DNA of 63,798 bases, filler included, from Reticulomyxa filosa (lineage: Eukaryota > Protista > Foraminifera), in the NCBI GenBank assembly GCA_000512085.1. It is 27 parts of 27 records of this genome, joined end to end, with 100 filler letters (N's around TTAATTAATTAA, not from the genome) between each part and the next. Parts side by side here need not be neighbours in the genome. Positions count along the whole stretch, not along the records: positions 37,868 to 39,684 come from ASPP01024062.1; positions 39,785 to 43,573 come from ASPP01008712.1; positions 43,674 to 45,121 come from ASPP01004228.1; positions 45,222 to 46,886 come from ASPP01003983.1; positions 46,987 to 48,038 come from ASPP01028910.1; positions 48,139 to 49,155 come from ASPP01005460.1; positions 49,256 to 54,102 come from ASPP01012483.1; 20 more parts are not named here. The stretch is one strand, 5' to 3'. Every line of letters starts with the position of its first letter. Position 1 is the stretch's first letter. Made by a program: the position numbers and the translations under genes. Shown here in pieces: positions 37,905 to 50,704 of this stretch. Below the pieces are notes generated by a model that had not been told where the DNA came from, searched no databases, and saw only the letters and a list, made by a program, of their open reading frames with translations.

Positions 37905-39054
37905 TAGCGAAACGATGGCTCTTGCAAAATGATATCTCTCATGGCAATAATTTGAGAAGCGACACAAGGAACGATCATGTGCAGCCCAAAGGCAAATAGG
38001 AAATCCCAAAGTCGCATGACTTGGACGATGGGCTTGGTAATGCTGAGCAGCGACGACATGACTGGGAAAAACAAGGCAAAGGGATGGATGCTTGGATCGC
38101 TCAAATGGTCAGACAACGGCTTATCAACCAACTGCAAGATTTTGAATACCAACATGGTGCTGCCAAATGCTCCTGCCAGTCCTTGTTCCGGTTGCGACGG
38201 CACTGTGTTCCAATATGTCGGCAGATACTTACCCAATACCACGGTCAGCGTGGCAAACGCATCCAATTCCGTCATGTTCAACAGCAGCATCGCTGCTATC
38301 ACGTCCATCCCTTGCACGTAATTGCTTTGCGATTTGTGGCAATAGCTATTGATCACACGGATCAGCGCTTTTTCACTCACTCGGCCTTTGAAAAAACCAT
38401 TGGTTTTAAATGTACGCATTGTATCTTTTCGAATGTCAAAATAACACGTGCATCTTTTAATCAATTTATTTATATTTATATTTATATATTTATTCATTAA
38501 TTAATTTATTTGTACATGTACAAATAAAATATGTACAAATTCACAAACACTACAAATATTATATAATATATGTAATAAATGTAATGTTTGTTGGTATGTT
38601 TAGAAATGTTTCAAAAAAAGCAAACTGTTTTTTTTTACAAAGGGCAATGTATTCGTTGGCACTAATAGTTCCAATTCCTAGCATGGTTTTCCACGTTTTT
38701 CCGCGCAGCGTTGTTTCGACCGGAGTGACAGTGCGAGGTTGACCATGATTCCGAATCCGAGTAGTAGCCTTCATTTTTGTGATTTTGGAAGTTGTGGTCG
38801 CTGCGGCGACAGCGGCCGCCATTACCTTCGCAGTCGTGGCCATGGGCCTGATCAGCCGACTCATCGCAATTCCGGCTTTGCCTGTGTTCGCAGTGGTCAA
38901 AGCACTAATCTTGGTCGACGAGCTGCCCGTTATTTCATTTGGGACCGTCCGAATATATGGGCTGTTTGTTGGCAATGCATTTTTGCGATCGTCCATTTTC
39001 CTCGCCTTTTTTAAACCAATTTTTTAAAAAATAAACAAATATATATGCATATCC

Positions 39055-39091
<37 letters not shown>

Positions 39092-39684
39092 TATATATAT
39101 ATGTATATGTACATATTATTAACGTTAAAAAAAATAATATAGCATTTGTTTGAATGAAAAGCAAACCGTTTGTATTTGAGTTGCAAAGCGTTGCCTGGCT
39201 TGGAGTTTGGCTTGATCGAGGTCGTGGTGATGGCCACTGGTTTGTAGCGAGAACGACCGCAGGATGCTATCTTCGGACAAGATGGTGTCACGATTGGGAT
39301 CGAGTGTGTGCTCCGTTTCAGTGTGCATCGGCAGAGCCGTGGTGGAGTAGTATTGGGTTAGATTTGGAATTGACTGTGACAACAAGCCATCCGCCGATGG
39401 CAACAACTCGCTGTCATGCATTTCACTACGCGTCGTCCATTTCCGCATTGAGTCCATACTCATCACACTGTTGTCCATCATCTCGTCAATCTCGGTACTG
39501 GCCCTCGTCGCCACTTCTGTCTCTTCTTCCACTTCTTGGCCTTGTTCCTGCCGATCGCGTGCTGTTCCGGAACGGTTCTCCGCGTAGGTCGAGATTCGAT
39601 GGACGCGGAACTCGATACTGAGTTTTGACGTATGTTGGTCGCTGTTGTTGTTGTTGTTGTTGCTGTTGCTGCTGTTGCTGCTGT
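37905..39684 (-). CDS. BUB2: Bub2/Cdc16-like TBC-domain GTPase-activating protein, partial
   Basis: LRGKTWKTMLG; IRKDTMRT (IxxDxxR arginine finger); VSEKALIRV; YVQGM (glutamine finger); LPTYW; PIVQVMRLWDFLFAFGLH. Three exons visible. Confidence 0.85.
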
Positions 39685-39784
39685 NNNNNNNNNNNNNNNN
39701 NNNNNNNNNNNNNNNNNNNNNNNNNNNNTTAATTAATTAANNNNNNNNNNNNNNNNNNNNNNNNNNNNNNNNNNNNNNNNNNNN

Positions 39785-39957
39785 TAAGAGCAGATGTATT
39801 TGTATTGTTTTTTGAGAGTATGATAGGAGTAACAGTCGTTAGTTTCAAAGCCTCCACAAACAAGGAGTTCATCCTTGAACAAAAGACATTGTGACCTTGC
39901 TAGTGGCTCGGGTAAGTCAGGCAAAGTCTGAAAGATGTTGTTGAGTTGAGTAGACAT
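39785..39957 (-). CDS. Kelch-type beta-propeller protein, 5' end cut by contig boundary
   Basis: MSTQLNNIFQTLPDLPEPLARSQCLLFKDELLVCGGFETNDCYSYHTLKKQYKYICS. Confidence 0.8.
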
Positions 39958-40961
39958 GTCAGCTGTTGTTTTTTTTTGAAACCCCTTTTTTTTAGAAAAA
40001 CATTTGGATACGAAAAATTGACAATTCACTTGGAAATGATGGAATGTTTTTATTTTCAACAAATAATAATAATGATTTGCAGATTTGTTGTTGAAACAAT
40101 ATTGAAAGAATACATGTATGAATAGAAAAACAAAATAGTAGATATTGTATTTTTAAGTTTGAGTTATAATTTCAAAACGTATCACTTTGTTAATTTATTA
40201 AAAATCTGTGTTTACTGCAAAAGTGTGATTAAAAATGTGTTTTTATGGAACGTATTCTGATTTGATCAACTCAGATTTGTTGATTTTCACACAACGAAAA
40301 AATAATAAAAAATTGACAGTTTAGCATTGAAAAAGAGATTTACAAAGAAACTGGAGTGTGACATAGAATTTTTTTTATGATTAAAGAACCAAAGAAATTC
40401 TACTCCAAGTTGAGGGGTTGGCTAAAAAAAAAGCCTATTGCATTGATTGGTTGTTGTATAAAGCGTTAGCTGCATGATTTTTTTATTGTTCAAGTCTGTG
40501 TGGCTGATGCACTTTACGGTAAAGTTTTATCATTTCAACTGGGAACTTTTTTTGTAAATAATTTCAACGGACGACTGTTGCATGAAATCGTCAGACATTT
40601 TTTTATGCAGACCAAACATGTCTTTTTAATAAAAAGATGTGTTAATGCACAAAATCAAATACCCAAAACGAGAAGATACAAAATAGTTTTTACTTCGCCT
40701 CAGAAGAGTTATTTCGTGCACAAATATTCTTGCTAAACTAAATTTCAAGTAGTGTGAGAGTTGTGAATTAGACAATATATTTGAATGATACGTTTTAACT
40801 TAAAATAATCAAATGATAGCTTTATATTTTAATGACTTGTCATATATTGATATTTTTTGAACAAAGTGCAAAATGTACAGCAAAAATTCGGTAATTCAGG
40901 TGTAATTGGATTCTATCCTTTCAAACAAAGTATAACATTTTAAAAGTGTTGTTTTTATCAC

Positions 40962-42655
40962 TATATAGCAATCCCCAAAGTCGAACTTTTCCATCTTCAA
41001 AAGATGAAACTATGTTGTTACCATTAGATGAAATATCACACTCTTTGACTGCCAATCTAATGTTAATGTCTGTATTACAGTAATCGAAGATTATTGCTCA
41101 ATACCGACACAATAGTTTGTCCATCATAAATTTCGAATAATTGTCACATTTCAAAATTTGAATTTTTCCAAAATCTGAACAGGAGAAAACTGTGTTTTAT
41201 TTACTTCAAAAAGGATATTTAAATGTAACGTTTGTATTTTTTGACATCCCATATTCCAATTGTGAAATTATCTAACAATGACACTATCTTTTTTTTTCCA
41301 TTTCGTGAGAATTGAATATTAATAATTGTCACTGGAGTTTCATCCAAAGATAGTGTTTGATATCCAGAATTCACATCAAAGAATCGAATTTGCTGCAATG
41401 CTTTCACCATTTGGTGAAAATTGAGATGTCACACTATTTGAACTCCCTTCCAATTTAAATCATTGTAATTCGGACTGCACATCCCCATAATCGAGTTATT
41501 TTATCATGTGAAGATGAAATAATCTTACTGCCATCAGGTGTCCTTTCAATATTTTCAATTATTTTCCAGAAGCTGTGTACAAGATAAAATAAGTTTAGAA
41601 TTCAACATTTGTTATCAATCCGAAATGTCCACAGTATTCTTTTATTAGTTTGAAATATTTCATTTATATTATAAAATGAGACAAAAAAATAAAAAAATAG
41701 AATATATTGTGCAACAATTTTTATTTAAATCATCAGACCAACTCATCTCAACAAATTCTAATCGAATCCAATGTGTAATCTCTTTTTTTCTTTTAAAAAA
41801 TAAGTGTCATTATAATCCATTTAAACAGATATCAAGCCTTAAGTTTCAATTTTCAAATTTTATGTTCATATTCCATCCGCCTTTGCTTGTTCAACTTCTC
41901 TTCTTTCTTTTTCGTTCATCCACTCTTGTCATCATATGTATATCTGAAGAGTTCGATTCACGTCTTCCAATAATATGCACATACATCTTATCTCACTTCA
42001 TATTGCAATACAATCATTTAAAATTTGAGACAAATTTCGGTCCATTTGTCTTTGGTAATGGAATATTTATGAATTTCTTGTGAAATAGATTTATAACTAT
42101 TTATTCCATCAAAAAAATAAAATAGCATCATATTAACATAAACAAACACAGATGGATTGAATGGTCTCATTGTTGAACAAATCCATACATTTTTCAAATT
42201 GAAATATATTATTATTAACTTCATCACATATTGAATTAAAAATCCTATACCTTTACAAAATAACATCATTTCATTTGTATCTTTTAAAATAAAACAATGA
42301 TAACATCAACTGGTAAACTAGTTTCTTTCAAAAATTTAAACTTGTTTAAATCGAATACAGAAATAAATAATAAATGATTATTACTGCCACTAATTAATGC
42401 ACAAGCTCCAAGATAATTATTTTGATTTGACTTTTAGCATCGAAAGGTACCCATCCATTTACACGCTCTTTTACATAATTCATAATTAACATATACTTGG
42501 ACACCAAAGGATAATAATCTACTTGGATTAGTATTCTTATTACCATTTTCAATTTTTGTTACAACTTGCCCAGATAATGTAATATCATCTGGATATGAAC
42601 AAATGAGTTTATATTTCATGTATCGTATATGATAAGAATAGCAATTTCTAAGGGA
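40962..42655 (-). pseudogene. Kelch propeller - box - WD40 propeller fusion pseudogene
   Basis: Kelch part CYSYH..YKLICSYP..LLSFG..EMMLFCK..IHKYS..KW..HIIG (42655-41930); box KKEITHWIRLEFVEMSWSDDLNK/IVAQYI (41790-41700); MKYFKLIK; WD40 remnants ending DISSNGNNIVSSFEDGKVRLWGLL (~40965). Many stops and frameshifts. Confidence 0.75.
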
Positions 42656-42947
42656 GAGTTATTATCTACTTGGTTCTAATTCAACTCTATTTTTGTTGTT
42701 TGGCCTCCTATGTTAAATTATTACCAAACAAATTTATTCCTTCCATCTCAAAAATAAAATCGAATATATTTGTCTTATTGAACAGTAATAATTAATTAAA
42801 ATGTAAGAAATAAAACACATCAATTTACTTATTCTCTCCACATTTGAATTGGACCACAATTAATATCTCACACATATTTAGATCTTGTTATTAAGAAAAC
42901 GAAATGTAGTGGTATTCCTCAAAGCACATCAATCAAAATAAGATACT

Positions 42948-43150
42948 GTCCCCAAGCACGAACATAATTTACTAAACCATAACATAAACTAATATTACAA
43001 TCAATATCATTATTACTAATTAATAAAATAGATTTTTTGAAAACTAGAATGAAGTTTAAAACTTGTCTTTCATTTCTAAGAGTTGCCATTTTTTAACTTC
43101 TTCAGCCTTTTTTTTTTGGATTATCCTTGATGATGTAATTAAACTTTTTT
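42948..43150 (-). pseudogene. Collapsed WD40-family remnant: promoter motif and start joined to the last blade
   Basis: Family upstream motif at ~43128-43150, ATG at ~43089, then DCNISLCYGLVNYVRAWG, matching the family terminus (VSLCYSSYNGPIRIWG). Confidence 0.55.
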
Positions 43151-43677
43151 CTTTAGATGGAACTGGGCAATGTTTGTAATTTTTTTTAAATAAAAAAATG
43201 TGTTCAAAATTGCATATCAAATATATTGATGAAAAATAGTTAATTTTTCATAGAAGAAATTTCAAATGTTTAGATTCATTGAATTTGAAATATTTTGCTT
43301 TTATCTTAATTGAGAGATTTTTTCATACCATATTTGATACAAAATGATTTTAATACCTTCTGCGAACAGTTTTTTTTGCCTCCATTACATCTTTCTAGCA
43401 ATTATTTTTTTAAATGTTTTACTTAAAAAGAATTTATTTTTTCTTTCAATATGAAACAAGATTTGAACAAATGAATTTTAAAACAATTTCAAAATTATTA
43501 TTATTGAAAATAAAACATTGAATAATTTTCAAGTGAATTGTCAATTTTTCGTATCCAAATATTCTTCTAAAAANNNNNNNNNNNNNNNNNNNNNNNNNNN
43601 NNNNNNNNNNNNNNNNNTTAATTAATTAANNNNNNNNNNNNNNNNNNNNNNNNNNNNNNNNNNNNNNNNNNNNCTGA

Positions 43678-43885
43678 AGGACGACAAGCCGCATGGACGA
43701 GCAGCAGTAGAAGCGAGCCGCATGGACGATGAGCCAAAGGGACGACGAGCAGCAAGATCGAGCCGCATGGACAACGAGAAGCAAGAATGAGCCGCATGGA
43801 CAACGAGAAGCAAGAGCGAACCGCATGGACAACGAGAAGCAAAAACGAGCCGCATGGAACGAGCAACAAGAGCGAGCCACACAAA
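43678..43885 (+). repeat. GC-rich 29-bp minisatellite (~7 units), consensus GAGCCGCATGGACAACGAGAAGCAAGAnn
   Basis: CCGCATGGA cores at 43689, 43718, 43763, 43792, 43821 and 43850 (29-bp spacing with one 45-bp interval). Runs into the contig start. Confidence 0.85.
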
Positions 43886-45328
43886 TGAGCCAATAAAAAT
43901 AGCCACCACAAACGAGCAATAAGAATAATCACATTAAATATTAGCATGGAGCAAATCTAAAAAAAAACAAATTAACAATCCATTTTTAATTCAATGCATT
44001 TTTTTTTTTTTTAATACCGTCAGATTATTTTTTGATCCAAAAAAAAAAAAGCATCGTCGGTCGAACATAAATAAATAGCACCATTCCAAAAAAAATAACA
44101 TTGCAAGGATACCATAACTATCCATTTATTTTATATCAGATTTTTGTAATAAAAACAGTACAGTACTCCTTCTTTTTTCAATACAAATACACACACACTT
44201 TCTTTTTTTTTTTACCTTACACAAAGTTGTTAATATAGTATGACAAATACAAGAGGAAGAAAAAGTTAATAATAATAGAGAACAGCGAAACAGAGTTTGC
44301 AATTACAAACAAAAAATTCACTCCTAAAAAGTTTCCTTTTTTCAATTTCTTTTTTAATTTGTTTTTATGTCATTCAAAAAATAAAAATATAAATTTTTTT
44401 TTTTTTTAGTACTACTATTTCATTAGATAAAGATATTTCCTTTTCTTTTTTCAAATCATGTAAATTCATATTTTCAAAAATAAGTGCAATCTTGTTTTGA
44501 TTTTGCTTTAGGATTCAAGTAAACATTTCAGAACTCACATTCATCAAGTTTTTGTTTTGCAAAATATATTTATTACTACAATAGTTTCATAAATAAATGA
44601 ATATTCTAATTTGATATTGAATAATTCGTATACAAGTTGTAGGGCAAGGTTTTAACAGTATAAAGGGAAGTTCTTGTGTATTACTTACCTTTTCTTCCAA
44701 CCTATCTTATTATCTTTGTTATCGTTGTTGTTTATATTCTTATTTTATTTTAAACTAATTTGTTTTTGAAATATTTCTCAAAGAGCAACTAACTATTCGT
44801 ATTACATTTAACATTTCAAAATATTTATTTATTTTAATATGAGACTTTCAAGGAAAAAATTTATCTATTTTTTCCAGTATACCCTAAACAATGATTAAAA
44901 AATGTATCAAAAGTACTTGGATATCAAATGATAAAGTGCATCTTTGCACTTTGCGAAATAGAAAATGTCTTATTAAAAAAAAAAGCGGATGTTAATGAAA
45001 TAAATAAATGTTTAAAATAAAGTTTTGATGAATAAAAAAGTTACTTAAAATGATCTAGTTCAATATTTTATTTTCAAAGTTTAGCTAAATAATTTTTTTA
45101 GTTTCCAGATTGCTAAAGAAANNNNNNNNNNNNNNNNNNNNNNNNNNNNNNNNNNNNNNNNNNNNTTAATTAATTAANNNNNNNNNNNNNNNNNNNNNNN
45201 NNNNNNNNNNNNNNNNNNNNNATATTTTATATTTTATATTTTATATTTTATATTATGTATTTTATACATATTGCATCCCCCCCCCCGCCAATTGATTCAA
45301 AAAAAAAAAAAAACGTTTGAAACTTAAC

Positions 45329-46132
45329 TCAACTGGAAAGTTTTGTAATTCCAACTCTTCGGCAAAAGTGATGTCAGCTTCGACTTTCGAACGTGCAAAG
45401 TACCCGCGATTGGGGTCGAACCCGACCAGAACTTGATCAAAGTCTTTGAGAAGCTCGACTTTGTACAGACCGCCATCGCCGAAAGGGACCTCCTCCAAAG
45501 AGTGGACTTCCACTGCGTTCAAAAACTCAAACTGTGGACGGAACGATGGCGTCCAATGCTTGTGATGCTTGTCCAAATGCGCGTCGTCCTTTGAAGGCTT
45601 TACGTCCTTGTTCTCTTTTTCTGGAACCGATGCATTGTCACTTGCATTGTCATGACCGGCTTCGTGAAATGTTTGCAACTTCAACAGTTTGTTCTTTTGC
45701 TTGTTTGCTTCGAACACTAAATACGACTTATAATCTTCCAATGACAATAACGAATTCATGTAAATATGAAAGCGACAACGAAAGGTCTCTCGTATATTGT
45801 CGATATCACTTATACGCTTTATTTTTATCCCTACGTATACGCGTCGAGGGTACTTTGGATGAGCAAAAAATAATGCTCTCTCTTGTTTTGAGTCTTTATT
45901 AATTTTTTTTTTTAAAAAAATTGAAGAGTTAAAATACTATATAGTATTGTTTATTGCATCAACACCTACTGTCTGTGATAGTTTCTATAACGACTTCTTG
46001 TCTTAGCATCTCCGCCCATTCATTTTGGATCTTTGCTTCTTCTTCTTCCTTTGACTCTTTTTTTTCTTGGATTTGATGTAAAAGGGCTGCCATATTGCCC
46101 TGAGGCCGAGGAGACATGTCTTCACCGCTCAT
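45329..46132 (-). CDS. Cys-less pentameric ligand-gated ion channel (Pro-loop receptor), extracellular domain, 3'-truncated
   Basis: RRVYVGIKIKRISDIDNIRETFRCRFHIY (beta1-beta2), WTPSFRPQFEFLNAVE (loop A P.x.F.N), ITFAEELELQNFPV(D) (Pro-loop without flanking Cys). Intron at ~45895-45969. Confidence 0.75.
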
Positions 46133-46350
46133 CTTTTTTATTCTTCTTTACCGGCCCTTTTTTTTAAAGTAAATTAATTTTGTTTGGCTGAATTTTTTCT
46201 AATTGAAGAACTTATACATAAAAGGGAATGTTGTGTTCGACGCTGGCCTTTGTGTGTTTGAATTTCATTGAGATTTGACAGCATAAGGAGGGAGGGGGGA
46301 ACCACATGGTTTTTTAAATATAGCTATTATCATTGTTGATTGGCGCGGCA

Positions 46351-46886
46351 ATGCAGTTCAACATCCTCTTGGAGGACAAAAAAGGAAGAGATTTATGGAC
46401 ACTATTGCGATCAGAGCATATGCTCGGGTTTGTCCATGTTCCTGCAGAAGAGGCCAGTGAATTTGGGGACGAAATGGTATTGAGTGAGCTGAGACGTCGA
46501 ATCATGAATCAATTTGACACCGATCAAATGAGTTTTGTTTTTTTTTTTTGTTAGCAAAATAACAAGAGAATAAAAATGAAAAAAAAAAAACAGAATGGAT
46601 CGGAGGTAAAGATTTTAAGTTTTTGAATGAAGGCGAAGTGGTGCAGGAGACACAAGAATCGCAATTGACAACACACGACATATCACTATCAGTGGTGATG
46701 CCCAATGTCCAACTTGCGAATTCTCCGCCGTTGCAGCCGCAGTTGCAGCTCCAATCGCATACGTCGAGACACTCAATGTACAATAGTGTGAACATGAACG
46801 ACACAATGGCAATGGGGCCGTTGATGGACCAGCCGACCACCGGCGTCGCTGAGCACGACAACACTTCGGCCCAAAGTCCGAACCAT
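46351..46886 (+). CDS. Hypothetical protein with an N-terminal ubiquitin-like-looking domain, 5' part
   Basis: LGFVHVP...LSELRRRIMNQ | DFKFLNEGEVVQETQE, with an intron at ~46532-46593. Divergent from the channel gene, ~220 bp apart. Confidence 0.55.
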
Positions 46887-47061
46887 NNNNNNNNNNNNNN
46901 NNNNNNNNNNNNNNNNNNNNNNNNNNNNNNTTAATTAATTAANNNNNNNNNNNNNNNNNNNNNNNNNNNNNNNNNNNNNNNNNNNNCAAAAAACCGACAA
47001 ATACTTTTTCAAAATATCTGCAGTCGAGTCTTACAGTCGGTGTTTTGTATCTGTTGATCAA

Positions 47062-48014
47062 GTGATATCGTCATTTACAAAGATGAGTGCCAGCAACTTC
47101 AACCGCGTTGCGCCAGAAAAATTCGCAACAAGTTCAGTCGGGTGCGGCGTCAAGAGTTGTAAGAATTCTTTGACATTATACGTGCGATTGATGCTTGCAA
47201 GACATCATCAATTCAAGCAGCAGTTTGTGACGAATGTAACAAGGACATTTCCCCAAGATTTTCTTTTCCATTGTGGCAACCACGAAGATGGCTATGACTT
47301 ATGCAAAAGTTGCGAAAAAAAGGTTAGGTGCAAAGAAAATATTCCTCCTCAATCGTTGGTGTCACAAGACTCTGATGAGGAAGTCAACGTTTTAACCTCC
47401 ACAACCCTTCAAAAAAATTTGTTCCCCGACCAAAACAACAACGACATTGTAACAAGCAAGCATTCAAAGACAAGCATTAGTAACGCTCTTGGCGTCACCT
47501 ACAGGGCGGCCGACAACAATTGTGATAGTTCCCTTGCCCCAAGCCACGGGGCGCAAACAACAACTTCCAGTCGAATACGAGTTAACAATGGTAATAATCC
47601 ATCGCTGACCGTTGCACAGCCACGCAATTTCGGAAATGGCATCATTCCTAGCCCACCACACACCACCCCGAACTTCTCCCAAATTGCATACCAACATCAC
47701 GAGCAAATCCAGTTTTGAAAACGTCAGCGTCCTTCGCCGAGGCCGCACACCCTCTCGAGATCGATTATTATCTGGCACTCAAAACGACAGTCAACCACAA
47801 TTTGTTGAAGAATCCAAATACCAGCAAGACGATCATGCATTCCTGGTCATGGACATCACCGGCCGCAATTGTAACAACGCAGGCGAAGATTATTCCCAGA
47901 ATCCCTCGCGCATTTCGCTCTGCCTTTGCATCAGCAGCAGCCGCGTGCCTTAGAGAAATTATGAACAACAACGACCAAACAGCCTGGTCCAAGTGGATGC
48001 TGCTAATTCGCTAA
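47062..48014 (+). CDS. Hypothetical protein with Cys/His (ZZ-like) motif; frame change near 47715
   Basis: CGVKSC...FHCGNHEDGYDLCKSC in a 218-aa ORF, continuing in another frame. Confidence 0.45.
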
Positions 48015-48194
48015 TACTATGGGTTCCTGGTAGGGGGGNNNNNNNNNNNNNNNNNNNNNNNNNNNNNNNNNNNNNNNNNNNNTTAATTAATTAANNNNNN
48101 NNNNNNNNNNNNNNNNNNNNNNNNNNNNNNNNNNNNNNATATATATATATATATATATGTATGTATATATTGTATATATTGTATATACTATTTG

Positions 48195-48904
48195 GAGCTA
48201 CTCCTTTTTTTTGAAACTCAGTCGAAGGAACAGTTGCATCGATGTTAACATCGACCGATGGCTCAGAGCATTGCATCGGATCGGCTGTTGCGACAATGGA
48301 AATGGAAAGTTGTTCCGGAAAGAATTGCTCGTGCCTCGCCAGCACTGGATAGCACGTGTACCACAATTGATCATTTGGAATAGCGGATACATTCACGACG
48401 GTGGGAACGACGGTGATAGTGCCGTCCCTCTTATCTTTCAAAAGTTTGTGCAGATCGAGGGAGGATAGGGAGAAATCAGAGGGATACAAAACAGTGGCTC
48501 CGGTGTCTTCCAAGGCCATTCGCAACATGACCAAACACCAATGCTTCAAAAAAGCAATCAAGTGACTCTGACTTTCCGGAGGCAGTGTCTTCCAATCCAA
48601 CGCGAAAGTGGAGTCGTTGCGAGACAAAGATTGCATCGCTTGGAAAATCGATTTGATCCAAGCTTCGACGTGTGTGCGATGAATGTTCACGTAGCTGCGC
48701 TTGATCCAATCTTTACCGGTCGAACGCTGTCGCTGTTGTCATTATTGCGAAGACTGTCGTTACAAACAATTCGGCTAATCTCATCGTAGATTTGTGCACG
48801 TGCAAATGTCCCTACACATTGTCTACCTTGTAACATTAGTTGAAACAAATAACGATGAGATAAAAACAATGCATAATTTTCATTATTATTACTATTATTA
48901 TTAC

Positions 48905-48943
<39 letters not shown>

Positions 48944-49075
48944 CATTATTATCTTTAAAATATTGCATTACGCTTTGTTGGGCGTTCTTATAGTAATGCT
49001 CTCTTATTTCTTCGTATTGTCGCACAATCTCATTCCATTCATTTGTATTTGCTTCTTCAGCTCTTTCATTTTATA
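48195..49075 (-). CDS. Hypothetical protein, internal exon(s) with poly-Asn; probable frameshift near 48690
   Basis: Abutting ORFs 48687-49025 and 48091-48690, flanked by (AT)n introns. Confidence 0.5.
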
Positions 49076-50333
49076 TCATATACATATATACATACATATA
49101 TATATATATATATATCCATATATGTATATATGTATATATGTACATATATATATATNNNNNNNNNNNNNNNNNNNNNNNNNNNNNNNNNNNNNNNNNNNNT
49201 TAATTAATTAANNNNNNNNNNNNNNNNNNNNNNNNNNNNNNNNNNNNNNNNNNNNCTTATATGTAAGTGATATAATTTACTATATGCGGAAAAAAGGACG
49301 ACATAATATTATTGATGTATATGTTTATAAATGTCAATGTTTAGCGGTACGTCATCATAGTATGTACGTGTCTTAGTGCTAAAGGCGTTGGCTTTCTTGT
49401 AAATTAAATGATGATTTAGTTGTACAATTTATAAAGAAATATTGTGATGAAATGCTAAAAGGCAATGAATATTGCTATACAATAATAAAAACTGATTCTT
49501 TTTTCAAGACAACGCAAAATGGCACAAATACAAAGAGGCAAATAAGTAGATTAAACAAAACAGAATGAACATGATTAAGTCAATAAAGTGATAAAAAATA
49601 TTTTAAAAAATTTTTCAAATTGTAAAAGGAAAGAATTGCTTAAATTTTAAGCTATTTTGAAAATTTTTTCGGTTTTTTTGTTTTTTGGCTGTTTTTATGT
49701 GTTTATTTTTGATTATTGTTGTTCTTTTAGCATTTGCAGTATCTTTAAATTACAATCCAAAAAATTGACACGCATGGTAAAAAAACATAAAAAGTCAACA
49801 AAAAAAAAAAATTGAAAATTTTTCATTTAAACTATAATATTAACATATAAATTGCTTTACTGTCACTTATTTTTGTTTTTTTAACTCGATTCAAATTTTT
49901 CAAACAATTAGTAAAGACTTAATAAAAAATCAAAATCAAATTTAAAAACTACAATATTCGTATATATTAAAAAAAATTAGGTCTGGATGTTGTCTTTTCA
50001 TGAAGAAAATCAATCATCTTTATAGGTACCGTTTTATGTGTTAACTTTCTTTTGCATTCTGCTGTAGATTATGTAAAAAAGACATACACAAAAAAATTTT
50101 AAGTAAGAGTGCAAGCGGAATGAACTAAGTCAGCTTGAAGACTCATCAAAATATTTCTAAATTTGCCATGGAAACATATAGATAATTGAATGAATTTTTC
50201 TTGAAAAATTTGCGCATTTCGGCGGAAGTTTTTTTCTACGCCTTGTACCCAGTCGAACTTTCTAGTACTTTTCGAAAATCCTTTGAATTTCCTTGGTAAC
50301 TTAGCAGTGTAACAAATTCTTCCGCATTCTATC

Positions 50334-50673
50334 ATGTCCAAAACAGCAACATTAGTATCAAAAGCAACAGCAGATAACCGTGACCAACCTCCAGGCTTCA
50401 TATTGCAAGAGTTGGCAGCCAAGACACAGTCAATCGAGGAATGCCAAGCTTTGGAAGGCCTCCTATTGAGCAAGCTTGAGAAAAACAAGCCTTATGTAAA
50501 GTATAAAACTTTGAAAGTGATCAAATACTTGTGTGATCATGGAGCGCCCCGCTGGAGACAAGCATGGCAAAGACACACTGACAAAATTCGTGCCTGTCAA
50601 CGTTACGTATACCGACCTCTCTTAACAAATTGATGATGCAACCCAAAAATTAAAAAAATTCATTTTTGCGCGA

Positions 50674-50704
<31 letters not shown>

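Noticed and set aside
43678-43885. CRISPR array
   Set aside because: Units are contiguous tandem copies without unique spacers, no cas genes are present, and the context is eukaryotic.
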